From a virus (Duplodnaviria; Heunggongvirae; Uroviricota; Caudoviricetes): a stretch of DNA of 7,570 nucleotides. Numbering within the stretch: position 1 is the stretch's first letter; the number at the start of each line of letters is the position of its first letter. The notes beneath the pieces were generated by a model that saw only the letters and a list, made by a program, of their open reading frames with translations, was not told where the DNA came from and ran no database searches. Location: the IMG/VR virus record IMGVR_UViG_2740892272_000003; one strand, given 5' to 3'. The position numbers and the translations under genes are program-made. This document shows positions 7,042 to 7,570 of this stretch, piece after piece.

Positions 7042-7171
7042 TTGACAATAATTTTCATTTCCATTAAAAAAGATCGCGTAGCATTCTTAATTCATGAGGA
7101 ACTTTACCCGCCAGCAATCTGAGTAGCGAAAGCTGTTCATCCCCAATGTTTTTGCTGGCGGGTCCTTTTTT
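7042..7171 (+). ncRNA. Candidate small transcript unit: sigma70-like promoter plus hairpin and T-tract terminator
   Basis: TTGACA (7042-7047), a 17-bp spacer and TAAAAA (7065-7070) are followed by an 11-bp inverted repeat (CCCGCCAGCAA 7107-7117 / TTGCTGGCGGG 7152-7162) and T6 (7166-7171). A second GC hairpin with a T-rich tail lies at 7182-7215. It contains no ORF longer than 10 codons. Confidence 0.2.
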
Positions 7172-7474
7172 CTACGGTCCTCCTCCCCGGAGGGGGGCAT
7201 TTCATTATTTTTCTAATCGTTACTGGTGAGAAGGCGGAAGAAAAAGCCAGTTCTTCGCCCCTAAATAACAGCATGATTCCAGTCCATGCAAAATCTGATT
7301 TCCAGCTCACACATACCGAGCGCTGTACAAAAAACCGCCAGCCAAGGCAGTTAAGAGTGTGTTCCCGGGGTTTGCTTAGAATATTTTGTAAGTTGTCCGA
7401 AGAGATATTTACAACACCAGAATGATGCATTATCAGTCCCCTGCCAGAGGTTCACTACGTAACCTGACCGACAA

Positions 7475-7570
7475 TGAAGTGGCACACTGAATTTGGCCAC
7501 CTGAACAGAGGTGATATGCTCACCTCAGAACAACACAGGTGCTCCAATGAAAAAAAGAAATTTTAGCGCA
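7475..7570 (+). mobile_element. Left end of an IS3-family element (IS911-like), truncated by the window edge
   Basis: The terminus begins TGAAGTGGCACACTGAATTTGGCCACC (a typical IS3-family 5'-TG end). It is followed at 7547 by ATG AAA AAA AGA AAT TTT AGC GCA, which encodes MKKRNFSA, matching the IS911 OrfA N-terminus from memory. Confidence 0.6.
7547..7570 (+). CDS. IS3-family transposase OrfA (IS911-like), 5' partial (first 8 codons only)
   Basis: MKKRNFSA matches the IS911 OrfA N-terminus; the ORF continues beyond the window. Confidence 0.55.

Noticed and set aside
7042-7047. Second TTGACA as an alternative right-end -35 of the IS110-family element (an IS1111-like layout with the guide RNA in a longer right end)
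   Set aside because: Not excluded, but less favoured. The TTGACA at 6916 gives an exact 17-bp spacer with the left-end TATAAT, and the inferred termini are inverted repeats carrying the TAATAGGGG motif. Multi-copy comparison is needed to settle it.
6912-7076. 55-codon plus-strand ORF starting 2 nt after the transposase stop
   Set aside because: It has no RBS, runs through the -35 hexamer and the minus-strand terminator hairpin, and has a low-complexity translation. It looks like non-coding IS end and flank.
7137-7430. 97-aa minus-strand ORF in the non-coding island
   Set aside because: It has no recognisable domain, a weak start context, and runs through the plus-strand hairpin/terminator structures. 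It may be chance or a fragment; I did not call it as a gene.
1-7570. CRISPR arrays, tRNA or rRNA genes
   Set aside because: No regularly spaced direct repeats, no cloverleaf-like segments with conserved tRNA boxes and no rRNA-like sequence were seen by eye. The only repeats are short hairpins and the 9-mer at the IS ends.

Overview
This window is the late region of a lambdoid/HK97-like prophage of an enterobacterium, read on the minus strand, with its upstream regulatory side occupied by insertion sequences. From right to left: pinholin (5131..5346), SAR endolysin (4634..5131), Rz with embedded Rz1, an HNH endonuclease (3780..4130), a ~110-bp candidate cos region, terminase small subunit (P27-type), terminase large subunit, a 60-aa two-helix membrane ORF, and an HK97-family portal whose 5' end looks frameshifted. 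A strong intrinsic terminator follows the portal. Upstream of the holin there is a 126-N gap (5357..5482), then a plus-strand IS110-family (DEDD) transposase (5714..6910) with a ~210-bp structured non-coding left end and a very short right end, then a ~540-bp non-coding island with hairpins, and the left end of an IS911-like IS3-family element at the window edge (7475..7570). The most interesting unannotated signal is the IS110 left end, which I propose encodes a bridge (guide) RNA; a -10 hexamer at the left end and a -35 hexamer at the right end would form a promoter on circularisation. No rRNA, tRNA or CRISPR array was seen. All homology statements are from recognising the translated sequences from memory; no database search was run.
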